DNA of 44,788 nucleotides, from assembly GCA_045595685.1 (NCBI GenBank), contig JAZOAX010000166.1:1-44788 (forward strand), written 5' to 3'. Shown piece after piece: positions 8,074 to 16,018 of this stretch. Below the pieces are notes generated by a model. That model made no database searches, was not told where the DNA came from, and saw only the letters and a program-made list of their open reading frames with translations. How positions within the stretch are numbered: the stretch's first letter is position 1; every line of letters starts with the position of its first letter. The translations under genes were made by a program, and so were the position numbers. Source of the stretch: Acutalibacteraceae bacterium (lineage in GTDB: Bacteria > Bacillota > Clostridia > Oscillospirales > Acutalibacteraceae).

Positions 8074-8389
8074 ACAACTTGCAGAAAAACTGAATTTAGA
8101 AATTCTCTCACAAGGCAACCTTGAAGCAGAATGTACAGGCTGTTACAGCGGTGACCTGCTTTCATGGGTTATGTCCAAGGCTGAGGCAGGGGATATATGG
8201 CTCACGGTTATGGGTAACATCAATGCCGTTGCAGTGAGTGTTCTTTGCGACTGTGCCTGCATAATCCTCACAGAAAAAGCCGCCCTGGACGATGCGGCTA
8301 AAATGAAAGCCGAAATGCAGGGCGTTAATATTCTCACAAGCGAAAAGAATGCCTATGAACTCAGCGTGGCAATTTCAGAACTGATATGA
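8063..8389 (+). CDS. DRTGG-domain protein B (108 aa)
   Basis: GDLLSWVMSKA...WLTVMGNINAVAVSVLCDCACIILTE is paralogous in layout to 5945-6295. It overlaps the upstream gene by 11 nt. Confidence 0.75.
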   Translation: MNVKQLAEKLNLEILSQGNLEAECTGCYSGDLLSWVMSKAEAGDIWLTVMGNINAVAVSVLCDCACIILTEKAALDDAAKMKAEMQGVNILTSEKNAYELSVAISELI

Positions 8390-9105
8390 AATTATATTAC
8401 GATTTACATCTGCATTCCTGCCTTTCGCCTTGCGGTGACAATGAAATGACACCCTATAACCTTGTGAATATGGCAAAAATTTTCGGCTATGACATAATTG
8501 CCCTCACAGACCATAACAGTTGCCTTAACTGTGAAAGTGCAATGAAAATAGGCGAACAGATCGGAATAACCGTTGTGCCGGGTATGGAACTTTGCACTTC
8601 GGAAGAAATTCACTGTGTCTGCCTTTTTCCTTGCCTTGAGAATGCAAAGAAGTTCAGCGATTTTGTGAAAACCCTTATGCCTCCCGTAAAAAACAAAGAG
8701 CATATTTTCGGTGAGCAGCTTATAATGGACACAGAAGACGGAATTCTCGGAAAAGAAGAAATTCTTCTCACAACGGCAGCAAACATCAGCATTGACCATC
8801 TGCCCGATGTAATTGACAGTTACGGCGGAGTATGTTTCCCTGCCCACATTGACAGAAGTTCTTACAGCATTATTTCCGCCTTGGGTGACTTCAGTAAATA
8901 TCTGCGGGTCAACTGCTTTGAACTCACTCCCGATGCCGACGAAAAGGAGTACCTTACGAAATATGAAGGCACAAGGGACAAGATAATTCTCAGAAGTTCC
9001 GATGCCCATTATCTCACAAGTATGCGTGAACCTCAGTTTACGGTTAATCTTCCCGAAAATTCACCCGAGGCCCTTATCGGTTACCTGAAAGGAGAACTTC
9101 AATGA
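8386..9105 (+). CDS. PHP-domain phosphoesterase 2 (239 aa)
   Basis: DLHLHSCLSPCGD...ALTDHNS...PAHIDR...SDAH motifs. ATGA overlap with the upstream gene. Confidence 0.8.
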   Translation: MKLYYDLHLHSCLSPCGDNEMTPYNLVNMAKIFGYDIIALTDHNSCLNCESAMKIGEQIGITVVPGMELCTSEEIHCVCLFPCLENAKKFSDFVKTLMPPVKNKEHIFGEQLIMDTEDGILGKEEILLTTAANISIDHLPDVIDSYGGVCFPAHIDRSSYSIISALGDFSKYLRVNCFELTPDADEKEYLTKYEGTRDKIILRSSDAHYLTSMREPQFTVNLPENSPEALIGYLKGELQ

Positions 9106-9551
9106 CGGAAAAAGAAAAGGCCAGAGAACTGTTTCTGGAAGGATATAACTGTTCACAGTCTGTGTTCGTGGCTTTCAGCAGCCGCTTCGGTATTGACGAA
9201 AGCACTGCAAAAAAAATCAGTGCAGGTCTTGGCGGCGGACTCGGAAGACAAAGAGAGGTCTGCGGTGCAGTTTCTGCGGCAAGTATGGTGCTTGGAAGCA
9301 TTGTTGCCGCTCAGGAAGGTGCAGACCGGGAAAGCAAAAAGAAGAACTACGAACTTGTGCGGGAATTCTGCAGAAGGTTTCGGGAAAAACATCCGAGTAT
9401 TATCTGCCGTGAAATGCTTGGAAGCCTTGCAAAAAACAATACCGCCGTTCCCGATGAGAGAACAGCGGAGTATTATCGCAAACGACCATGTGTAAGAGTT
9501 GTTGAAGATGCGGCTGAAATACTTGCGCAGATGCTGAGTGAAAACGAATAA
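9102..9551 (+). CDS. C_GCAxxG_C_C family putative redox-active protein (149 aa)
   Basis: GYNCSQS...EVCGAVSAASMVLG...IICREML...RPCVRVV matches the family's spaced Cys pattern. ATGA overlap with PHP gene 2. Confidence 0.75.
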   Translation: MTEKEKARELFLEGYNCSQSVFVAFSSRFGIDESTAKKISAGLGGGLGRQREVCGAVSAASMVLGSIVAAQEGADRESKKKNYELVREFCRRFREKHPSIICREMLGSLAKNNTAVPDERTAEYYRKRPCVRVVEDAAEILAQMLSENE

Positions 9552-9555
9552 AGAA

Positions 9556-9593
9556 AGAACTGATGATTAAATAGTCATCAGTTCTGTTTTTTT
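9556..9593. terminator. Terminator closing the 5945-9551 operon (shared with the convergent gene)
   Basis: AGAACTGATGA...TCATCAGTTCT 11-bp stem followed by GTTTTTTT. Confidence 0.8.
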
Positions 9594-9603
9594 ACCGTCA
9601 GAT

Positions 9604-10461
9604 TTATAAATATGTATCAGTACCCGTCCATCTGATTTTTCCCTTTGCGTTTTCATCGTCCATAATAATTTCTTCTGCCGAGGGAACGGTTATTTCGCCT
9701 TCAAGGGGATTTTTAATGCTCACAATGGGGACAAGAAGATTTGCATAAACTTCGGACTTTTCAAAAGCAAGGTCTGCGTCAATCATTTTGCAATCAATAA
9801 GTTTCAGGTTTTTGCAGTAGCAAAGAGGCTGAGTGCCAACAAGTGTGCAGTTTATGAAAGTCACATTTTCACAGTACCAGCCAAGGTATTCACCCGTAAC
9901 TGTGCAGTTTTTCAAAGTGACATTTTTTGCGTGCCAGAGCGAGTCCTTCGTGTTCAGTGTGCAATCGGTGAAATCCGAATCTTCAATATACTGAAAAGAG
10001 TATTTTCCTTTGAGGTGAAGTCCGTTTGCAGAGATGTTTTTACCTCTTAGCATAAAATACTCACCTTCGGCAGTGCAGTTATTGAAAACAATGTCTTTAG
10101 TTGACCAGCCGAACTCAGAAGAAGAAACACTGCATTCTGCCATGCTGACATTAGTGCACTCTCTGAGGGCTTTGATGCCGTGCAAAGAAGAATTCTTTAT
10201 TGTAACACCGTCTGAATACCACAGAGCCGCCCTGCAGTTTTCTGTGAAACGGCAGTTAAGTATTTTCACAAAAGAGTCGTGCCAGAAAGGGTAGCGGAGA
10301 TTAAAATAACATTCGTCAACGGTAATCCGCTTACATTCCTTGAGAGCGCTTTCTCCGTCTGCTTCGCCGTCAAAACTGCATCGGCGAAGTTCAACATCAC
10401 GTTCACCGTAAAATGCACGTTCTTCATCAAAGGTTTGGTTTTCTGTTACGGTTGCAATCAT
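9604..10461 (-). CDS. DUF3737-family protein (beta-helix-like repeats)
   Basis: Repeated Cx(F/L)xxC...NC(T/K) units (RRCSFDG, VDECYF, ILNCRF, FNNCTAEG, FTDCTLN, LKNCTVTG, FINCTLVG, LIDCKM) are typical of the DUF3737 right-handed repeat family. Confidence 0.65.
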   Translation of the reverse strand: MIATVTENQTFDEERAFYGERDVELRRCSFDGEADGESALKECKRITVDECYFNLRYPFWHDSFVKILNCRFTENCRAALWYSDGVTIKNSSLHGIKALRECTNVSMAECSVSSSEFGWSTKDIVFNNCTAEGEYFMLRGKNISANGLHLKGKYSFQYIEDSDFTDCTLNTKDSLWHAKNVTLKNCTVTGEYLGWYCENVTFINCTLVGTQPLCYCKNLKLIDCKMIDADLAFEKSEVYANLLVPIVSIKNPLEGEITVPSAEEIIMDDENAKGKIRWTGTDTYL

Positions 10462-11837
10462 TTTAATTCCTCCCTATCCTGCTTTTTGTTTTTCATAATG
10501 TAATACACCATAAACATAATAAAGAGAAGTACATTATGACCTATCATACATCCCCAGGCACTGATAAGACCCATTGAAAGAAGTTTTGTGCAGATGAATG
10601 TGCCGACAATTCTTATTCCCCACATACCGACAATGTTGAAAACAAAGGGTGTTTTTGTGTTACCTTCACCCTGAAGCATACCTTCTATAATTATCGATAC
10701 GCCATAGATTGGCTCTGAAAGGGCTACCATCTGAAGCACAGCGGCACCGATGCGGATAACCTCACTGTCTTTTGAAAAAATACCCATCATATCGGGTGCA
10801 AAGACGAAAAGTAAGCTTCCTGAAAGCACCATAAGAAGAACTTCCACAAGAATGAGGAGTTTTGCAAGGTCTTTCATTCTTTGTCTGTCTTTTGCGCCAA
10901 GGGCGTTGCCCGTAAGGGTTGCAGCCGCTGCCTGCATACCGTAGCCGGGAATATAAAAGGCAGACTCAACGGTGTTTGCAATGGTGTGTGCCGCTGTTGC
11001 CACTTCGCCAAGGGCGTTTATCATTGAAGCAAAAGCAACATATCCCAGAGAAGTTCCGAAACGCTGGAACATATTGGGAATTGCAATTTTAAGGCAGGGT
11101 TTAAGCACTTCCCAGTCGGGCTTCAGGCTCATTCTGCCGGGAGAAATCTCTTTGTGCCGCCATAATGCCACTGTGATTATAACACCGCCCACTGCATAAG
11201 CAAGGGCACTTGCACCTGCGGCTCCGATAACGCCGTAACCTGCACCCCAAATTGTAAAGGAAGTGCCGAAAAGGGTGATTTGCCTTGTGGGATAAATCCA
11301 CAGAAAATTGAAAACAACATTTATAAGGTTAACAATAACACCCACACGCATAGGAGTTTTACTGTCGCCTGCTCCGCGCAGAAGTGAGCCGAAAATTATA
11401 CTCGCAGTACGGGGGAGCATGGGCAGATACAAAACGAAAAAGTAGTCTGCCGCGGTTTTTCTTATGTCTTCGTCAACCTGCATCCACACGGGCACAAAAC
11501 TGCTCAGAGACAAGGTGATAACGGTGAATAAAATGCCCGTAACCACTGTTACAAGCACTGCCTGAGAGGCGGCTTTAACGGCAAGGGTTTTATTCTTTGC
11601 ACCGAAAGCCTGAGAAATGATTGCAAGAAATCCCACGCCGAGAGCGGAAACAGAACTGCCGATAAGCCAGTTAACCGTTGTTGTGGCACCGACTGCGGCA
11701 GTGGCCTGAGTGCCGAGAGAGCCGACCATTGCAGTGTCGATATACTGAACTGCCGTCTGCAACAGTTGTTCAAGCATAGTCGGCCATGCGAGAGCGATAA
11801 TTGCAGGCAGCATACTCCATCTGAATTTTTTTAGCAT
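10458..11837 (-). CDS. MATE family efflux transporter (459 aa)
   Basis: Twelve-TM-like profile with the N-terminus LAWPTMLEQLLQTAVQYIDTAMVGSLG. ATGA-type overlap with the downstream DUF3737 gene. Confidence 0.85.
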   Translation of the reverse strand: MLKKFRWSMLPAIIALAWPTMLEQLLQTAVQYIDTAMVGSLGTQATAAVGATTTVNWLIGSSVSALGVGFLAIISQAFGAKNKTLAVKAASQAVLVTVVTGILFTVITLSLSSFVPVWMQVDEDIRKTAADYFFVLYLPMLPRTASIIFGSLLRGAGDSKTPMRVGVIVNLINVVFNFLWIYPTRQITLFGTSFTIWGAGYGVIGAAGASALAYAVGGVIITVALWRHKEISPGRMSLKPDWEVLKPCLKIAIPNMFQRFGTSLGYVAFASMINALGEVATAAHTIANTVESAFYIPGYGMQAAAATLTGNALGAKDRQRMKDLAKLLILVEVLLMVLSGSLLFVFAPDMMGIFSKDSEVIRIGAAVLQMVALSEPIYGVSIIIEGMLQGEGNTKTPFVFNIVGMWGIRIVGTFICTKLLSMGLISAWGCMIGHNVLLFIMFMVYYIMKNKKQDREELK

Positions 11838-11882
11838 ATTAATTTCCTTTTCTTTATGTTATGTGAAACTGAAAGCCTGAGT

Positions 11883-11911
11883 ATTATACAATATTTATCT
11901 TCGGTAATCAA
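11883..11911 (-). promoter_or_regulatory. Candidate sigma-A promoter for the MATE-DUF3737 operon
   Basis: Minus strand: TTGATT, 17 nt, TATAAT. The -35 element overlaps the stop of the Crp-family gene. Confidence 0.45.
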
Positions 11912-12582
11912 TAGTGAAAAAAGCCGGAAAGTTCAAAATTGTTTTTTCTGCAATTTATAATACCTTCCTTTTTCATTTTACCGATTTCGGCAGAAAGTCC
12001 GCTTCTGTCAACCTGAAGAAAATCTGCAAGTTCCTGACGGTCAAAGGGTATGGAAAACTTTGCTTTGCCGTTTTTCTTGGCTTCACTCATAAGGTAAGCC
12101 ATCAGTTTTTCCCTTGTGGTGCGTTTTGATGTAATCTGAGCCTTTTGCTGCAGAATAAGATTCTTTTCTGCAACGGTTTTCATCAGGTTAAATATAATTC
12201 TGCTGTGAAAACTGCACACATTACTGCAAGGCTCGGCAATGCGGTGGCGGTCAATGAAAAGTATCTCACTTTCTTTGACGGCAACGGCACAAACGGGTAT
12301 TTTTTGAACATCGGCACAGGCAAAAGTTTCTGCAAAAAGTTCCGACTCAGATGCAGTGCCGAGAATACTTCTGTTACCGTAAAAATCGTTCATTTCAATC
12401 TGAACTGCGCCTGAAAGCACAATGCAGATATACTTCGCTTCACTGCCTTCGGCAAGGACTGTATCTTTTTTGTTGAAATGCTCCACTTTTGTGCCAAGGC
12501 AACTGAGGGTGTGAAGAAGATTTTCTTCCTCTATGCCGTAAAACAGAGGACATTTTTTGAGAATTTCAGAATATTTTTTCAT
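11908..12582 (-). CDS. Crp/Fnr family transcriptional regulator (224 aa)
   Basis: An N-terminal cNMP-binding-like beta-roll is followed by a C-terminal HTH (RQELADFLQVDRSGLSAEIGKMKKEGII). No N-terminal FNR Cys cluster is seen. Confidence 0.8.
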   Translation of the reverse strand: MKKYSEILKKCPLFYGIEEENLLHTLSCLGTKVEHFNKKDTVLAEGSEAKYICIVLSGAVQIEMNDFYGNRSILGTASESELFAETFACADVQKIPVCAVAVKESEILFIDRHRIAEPCSNVCSFHSRIIFNLMKTVAEKNLILQQKAQITSKRTTREKLMAYLMSEAKKNGKAKFSIPFDRQELADFLQVDRSGLSAEIGKMKKEGIINCRKNNFELSGFFHY

Positions 12583-12596
12583 TTTTTCTCCTTTTT

Positions 12597-12639
12597 TGTT
12601 GAAAATTCAACATACTTTCTTCTGCAATTATACTATAAT
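12597..12639 (+). promoter_or_regulatory. Perfect 16-bp palindrome (candidate Crp/Fnr-family operator) positioned as a class II activator site for the 12671 gene
   Basis: TGTTGAA-AA-TTCAACA at 12597-12612. TATAAT at 12634-12639. Exactly 29 nt separate the dyad centre from the -10 hexamer, so the centre is near -41.5. Confidence 0.5.
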
Positions 12640-12670
12640 GAAACCACAATAATCAAGGAGGATTCAGAAA

Positions 12671-13375
12671 ATGATAAGAAAAATTATAAAAATAGATGAA
12701 GAAAAATGTAATGGCTGCGGTCTTTGTGCAGCAGCCTGCCACGAAGGCGCCATTGAAATGGTGAACGGCAAAGCAAAACTTACAAGGGAAGATTACTGCG
12801 ACGGTCTGGGAGACTGTCTTCCCGCTTGCCCCACCAACGCAATTTCCTTTGAAGAAAGAGAGGCGCCTGCCTATAACGAAGCGGCAGTTCTTGAAGCAAA
12901 GGCACAGAAGACGGAGAAGCCTGCCAAACTTCCCTGCGGCTGCCCCGGCACAAATTCAAAATTTATAAAAAGAGAAAGCAGCACCTGTGCAGTGCCCTCT
13001 GCGAACATTACAAGCAGACTCAGTCAGTGGCCCGTACAGATTAAACTTGTGCCCGTAAACGCATCTTATTTTGAAAACGCGAACCTGCTTGTTGCGGCAG
13101 ACTGCACCGCATTTGCCTACGGTAATTTCCACAACGATTTCATAAGAAATCACATCACCCTTATCGGTTGCCCGAAACTTGATGAAGGCGACTACGCAGA
13201 AAAACTCACACAGATAATCTGCAACAATAACATTAAAAGTGTTAAGGTTGTGCGTATGGAAGTGCCTTGCTGCGGCGGTATTGAAAATGCAGTTAAAAGA
13301 GCACTTATGAACAGCGGAAAATTCATTCCATGGCAGGTTGTAACAGTATCAACCGACGGCAGAATACTTGACTGA
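12671..13375 (+). CDS. 4Fe-4S dicluster domain protein with a Cys-rich C-terminal domain (234 aa)
   Basis: CNGCGLCAAACHEG and CDGLGDCLPACP motifs. The C-terminus has CTAFAYG...GCPKLD...VPCCGG. Confidence 0.75.
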   Translation: MIRKIIKIDEEKCNGCGLCAAACHEGAIEMVNGKAKLTREDYCDGLGDCLPACPTNAISFEEREAPAYNEAAVLEAKAQKTEKPAKLPCGCPGTNSKFIKRESSTCAVPSANITSRLSQWPVQIKLVPVNASYFENANLLVAADCTAFAYGNFHNDFIRNHITLIGCPKLDEGDYAEKLTQIICNNNIKSVKVVRMEVPCCGGIENAVKRALMNSGKFIPWQVVTVSTDGRILD

Positions 13376-13417
13376 ACAAAAAATCTCTTCCGATTTTTTT
13401 CGGAAGAGATTTTTTTT
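13375..13417. terminator. Bidirectional terminator
   Basis: AAATCTCTTCCG / CGGAAGAGATTT 12-bp stem flanked by an A-run and a T-run. Confidence 0.85.
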
Positions 13418-14141
13418 AGTTAACACCGACAAAACGGGCAATTTCTTTTGAGGTGATATTCATCTGTTCTTCGTTTGTCACAGTGGCAGAGCCGTCACCT
13501 TCCTGCTCTCCGTACATACCGAAATATGCGTGGCACCCTCCGTCTATAATCCTTTCGCAAAAATCCTGGGGCAGATTGCTTTTGCATTCATCGTATTTTT
13601 CTTTATTAAGTACAGTGTCTTCACTGCCGTAAACTGACAGCACATCAACATCAGCAGCACTGAGGTCAGAGGTGGAATATGCCGCAAGAAGAATAAGACC
13701 GTCAAAATCGTCGGGATTTTCTGCAAGGTGTGCTGCTGCCATTGAGCCGCCCAGAGAATGTCCGCCGATATACCAGTTTTTGATTTGAGGATATTTTTCA
13801 CATATACCATTTGCGGCATTGATGTCGAAAACCGCAAGGTTAAAAGGCATCCTGAGAAGAATGCACATCACGCCTTTCTGTGCGCACAGTTTCATCAAAG
13901 GCTCATATGCAGTGTACTCAACCTTTCCGCCGGGATAAAAAATCAGGGCAGTGTCGGTTTCTTCGGGCTCATAAACAATCATACCTTCAATGTCAGTATT
14001 AACGGAATAATCTCCCTTGACAGAAAAGGAAAGTACAGCGGCGGTATCGGTTTTATAGTAGTCACCGACATAGGCGAAAAAGAATGCAACCAAAGATACC
14101 GTGACCACTGCAGCAATAATTATTAAAATTTTTCTTTTCAT
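13416..14141 (-). CDS. Membrane-anchored alpha/beta hydrolase (241 aa)
   Basis: N-terminal TM helix and nucleophile elbow GGHSLGG. It is the last gene of the minus-strand Mo/W operon, with a 26-nt gap. Confidence 0.7.
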   Translation of the reverse strand: MKRKILIIIAAVVTVSLVAFFFAYVGDYYKTDTAAVLSFSVKGDYSVNTDIEGMIVYEPEETDTALIFYPGGKVEYTAYEPLMKLCAQKGVMCILLRMPFNLAVFDINAANGICEKYPQIKNWYIGGHSLGGSMAAAHLAENPDDFDGLILLAAYSTSDLSAADVDVLSVYGSEDTVLNKEKYDECKSNLPQDFCERIIDGGCHAYFGMYGEQEGDGSATVTNEEQMNITSKEIARFVGVN

Positions 14142-14167
14142 TGTGTCACTCCAAAAAATACTATTAA

Positions 14168-14602
14168 TTACAGCACTTCTATTTCGTCGCCCTCAAACAC
14201 CTTGCCGCCTTTTACAACTTCAGCAAAGATGCCTTCTCTGGGCATAACGCACTGTCCCACAAGTTTTTTAATGGCGCAGCCGTCGTGACACTCTTTCCCT
14301 ATCTGTGAAATTCTGATTACACATTCGCCAACCTGAAGAAGTGTACCCACGGGAATAGTATAAAGTTCAATTCCCTCGGTTGTGATGTTTTCGGCAAACA
14401 CGCCGTGGCAAAGTCCGTCGGTGGGAAGACCCTTTGCCTTGTCAATGCTTTCTTTTGCAAGAAGGCTTACCTGTCTGTGCCATTTGCCTGCGTGGGCGTC
14501 GCCCTCAAAACCGAAATTTTCAATAAGTACACCGGGATTGATTTTAGTTTTCGGTGTACCTTTCTTTTCGCTTATGTTAATTGATATAACTTTACCTTTC
14601 AT
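14168..14602 (-). CDS. MOSC domain-containing protein (144 aa)
   Basis: ...FGFEGDAHAGKWHRQVSLL...VGTLLQVGECVIRISQIGKECH... resembles the small MOSC proteins of clostridial moa operons. Confidence 0.7.
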   Translation of the reverse strand: MKGKVISINISEKKGTPKTKINPGVLIENFGFEGDAHAGKWHRQVSLLAKESIDKAKGLPTDGLCHGVFAENITTEGIELYTIPVGTLLQVGECVIRISQIGKECHDGCAIKKLVGQCVMPREGIFAEVVKGGKVFEGDEIEVL

Positions 14603-14604
14603 AG

Positions 14605-15555
14605 TCAGCCTCCTATTTTGTTGAGCCCGTGAGATGCACCGTAACCGCAGGAAAATTTATGCTCCATAGGCTTTGAAAGAATGGCTTTTCTCACTTTTTC
14701 TTCAAGTAATTTTTCATCGTTGAGATAAGGTTTCAGGTCAATAACCTCGTCAGAGCCGAGGCAAACCTTGACCTTTCCGTCACAGAGAAGTCTTATGCGG
14801 TTGCATTCACTGCAGAATTTATCGCTGATGGGTGTTATGAAACCTATCCTGCCTTTGAAGGATTCGCCTTCGTAATATTTTGCCACACTTTTTTCAAAGG
14901 GAGTGCCTTTGGTGTCAACGGGTCTGAGAAAGGGGAATTTTTTCAGTATCTCATCGCTTTTTATCACAAGATTTTCGTTGTCGCCGTCATCGGAAAAGGG
15001 CATAAGTTCAATGAAACGGACATCGATTTTTCTGTTTTTTGCAATGTTTATAAGGCTTTCAGCGTCACCTTCGTTCTGCCCTCTTATAAGAACGGCATTG
15101 ATTCTCAGAGGGTGAAGACCGACTCTTTCACATTCGTCAATGCCCTCAAAAACCTTGTGCAGTCCGTCATATCCCGTTATGGATTTAAAACGTTCCCTGT
15201 CCACTGTGTCAAGGCTTATGTTAACTGCCGTAACACCTGCCATTTTAAGTTTTTCGGCGTACTGTTTAAGATTCATTCCGTTGGTGGTAACGGCAAGTTT
15301 TTTCACGCCGTCAATTCGGCTTATTCTTCGGGCAATGTCACAGATGTCTTTTCTTACCAAAGGCTCACCGCCCGTAAGACGCACCTTGTTTATGCCGCAC
15401 TGAACAAAGGCTCTCACAATCTTTTCAAACTCTTCAGGCTTCAGTTCAGTGTTATCTTTTTCATTCTGCGCACCGCAATAAGTGCAGTTGAGATTGCACC
15501 TTTTTGTGACGGAGACACGCAGATAGTTAATTTCTCTGCCGTAACTGTCAATCAT
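14605..15555 (-). CDS. moaA: GTP 3',8-cyclase MoaA (radical SAM)
   Basis: CNLNCTYC radical-SAM motif, GGEPL, and C-terminal CSECNRIRLLCDGKVKVC for the second cluster. Confidence 0.9.
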   Translation of the reverse strand: MIDSYGREINYLRVSVTKRCNLNCTYCGAQNEKDNTELKPEEFEKIVRAFVQCGINKVRLTGGEPLVRKDICDIARRISRIDGVKKLAVTTNGMNLKQYAEKLKMAGVTAVNISLDTVDRERFKSITGYDGLHKVFEGIDECERVGLHPLRINAVLIRGQNEGDAESLINIAKNRKIDVRFIELMPFSDDGDNENLVIKSDEILKKFPFLRPVDTKGTPFEKSVAKYYEGESFKGRIGFITPISDKFCSECNRIRLLCDGKVKVCLGSDEVIDLKPYLNDEKLLEEKVRKAILSKPMEHKFSCGYGASHGLNKIGG

Positions 15556-16018
15556 TTTTAAAATCGCTCTTTCCGCCTGTTTTTTCTAAAAGTTTAACTT
15601 CTCTTATTTCCATTTTTCTGTCTATTGCTTTGCACATATCGTAAACCGTAAGTGCCGCAACGGAAACTGCCGTAAGGGCTTCCATTTCTATGCCCGTTTT
15701 ATATGAGCACTTTGCAACAGAATAGATATAAAGTTCGTCTTCACTGTTATTGTCAAAAGTGATTTCAACACTGTCTATGGGAATATTATGGCAAAGGGGA
15801 ACGAGTTCCCAGGTGCGTTTTGCCGCCATGATTCCCGCAATTCTTGCCGCTGCAAGTCCGTCCCCTTTTTTGAGGTCGGAAGAAAGAAGTTTTTGGAGTG
15901 TTTCTGTTTCCATTTTCACTTTGGCAAAGGCTGAGGCTGTTCTTCGGGTGACATTTTTTTCTCCCACATCAACCATTACCGCTTCACCGTTTTTGTTAAG
16001 ATGAGTAAAATCAGCCAA
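15548..16018 (-). CDS. moaC: Cyclic pyranopterin monophosphate synthase MoaC (156 aa from a TTG start)
   Basis: FTHLN..GEAVMVDVGEK..T.R.A and a conserved core. Start moved to TTG 16018, 8 nt after GGGAGG. The ORF-track ATG at 16063 would overlap moeA by 53 nt. Confidence 0.8.
   Translation of the reverse strand: MADFTHLNKNGEAVMVDVGEKNVTRRTASAFAKVKMETETLQKLLSSDLKKGDGLAAARIAGIMAAKRTWELVPLCHNIPIDSVEITFDNNSEDELYIYSVAKCSYKTGIEMEALTAVSVAALTVYDMCKAIDRKMEIREVKLLEKTGGKSDFKND

Noticed and set aside
12597-12612. Calling the palindrome a canonical FNR or CRP box.
   Set aside because: The half-site spacing (TTGA-N4-TCAA) is 2 nt shorter than the FNR consensus, and the site is unlike TGTGA-N6-TCACA. It is kept only as a candidate operator for the adjacent non-canonical Crp/Fnr-family protein.
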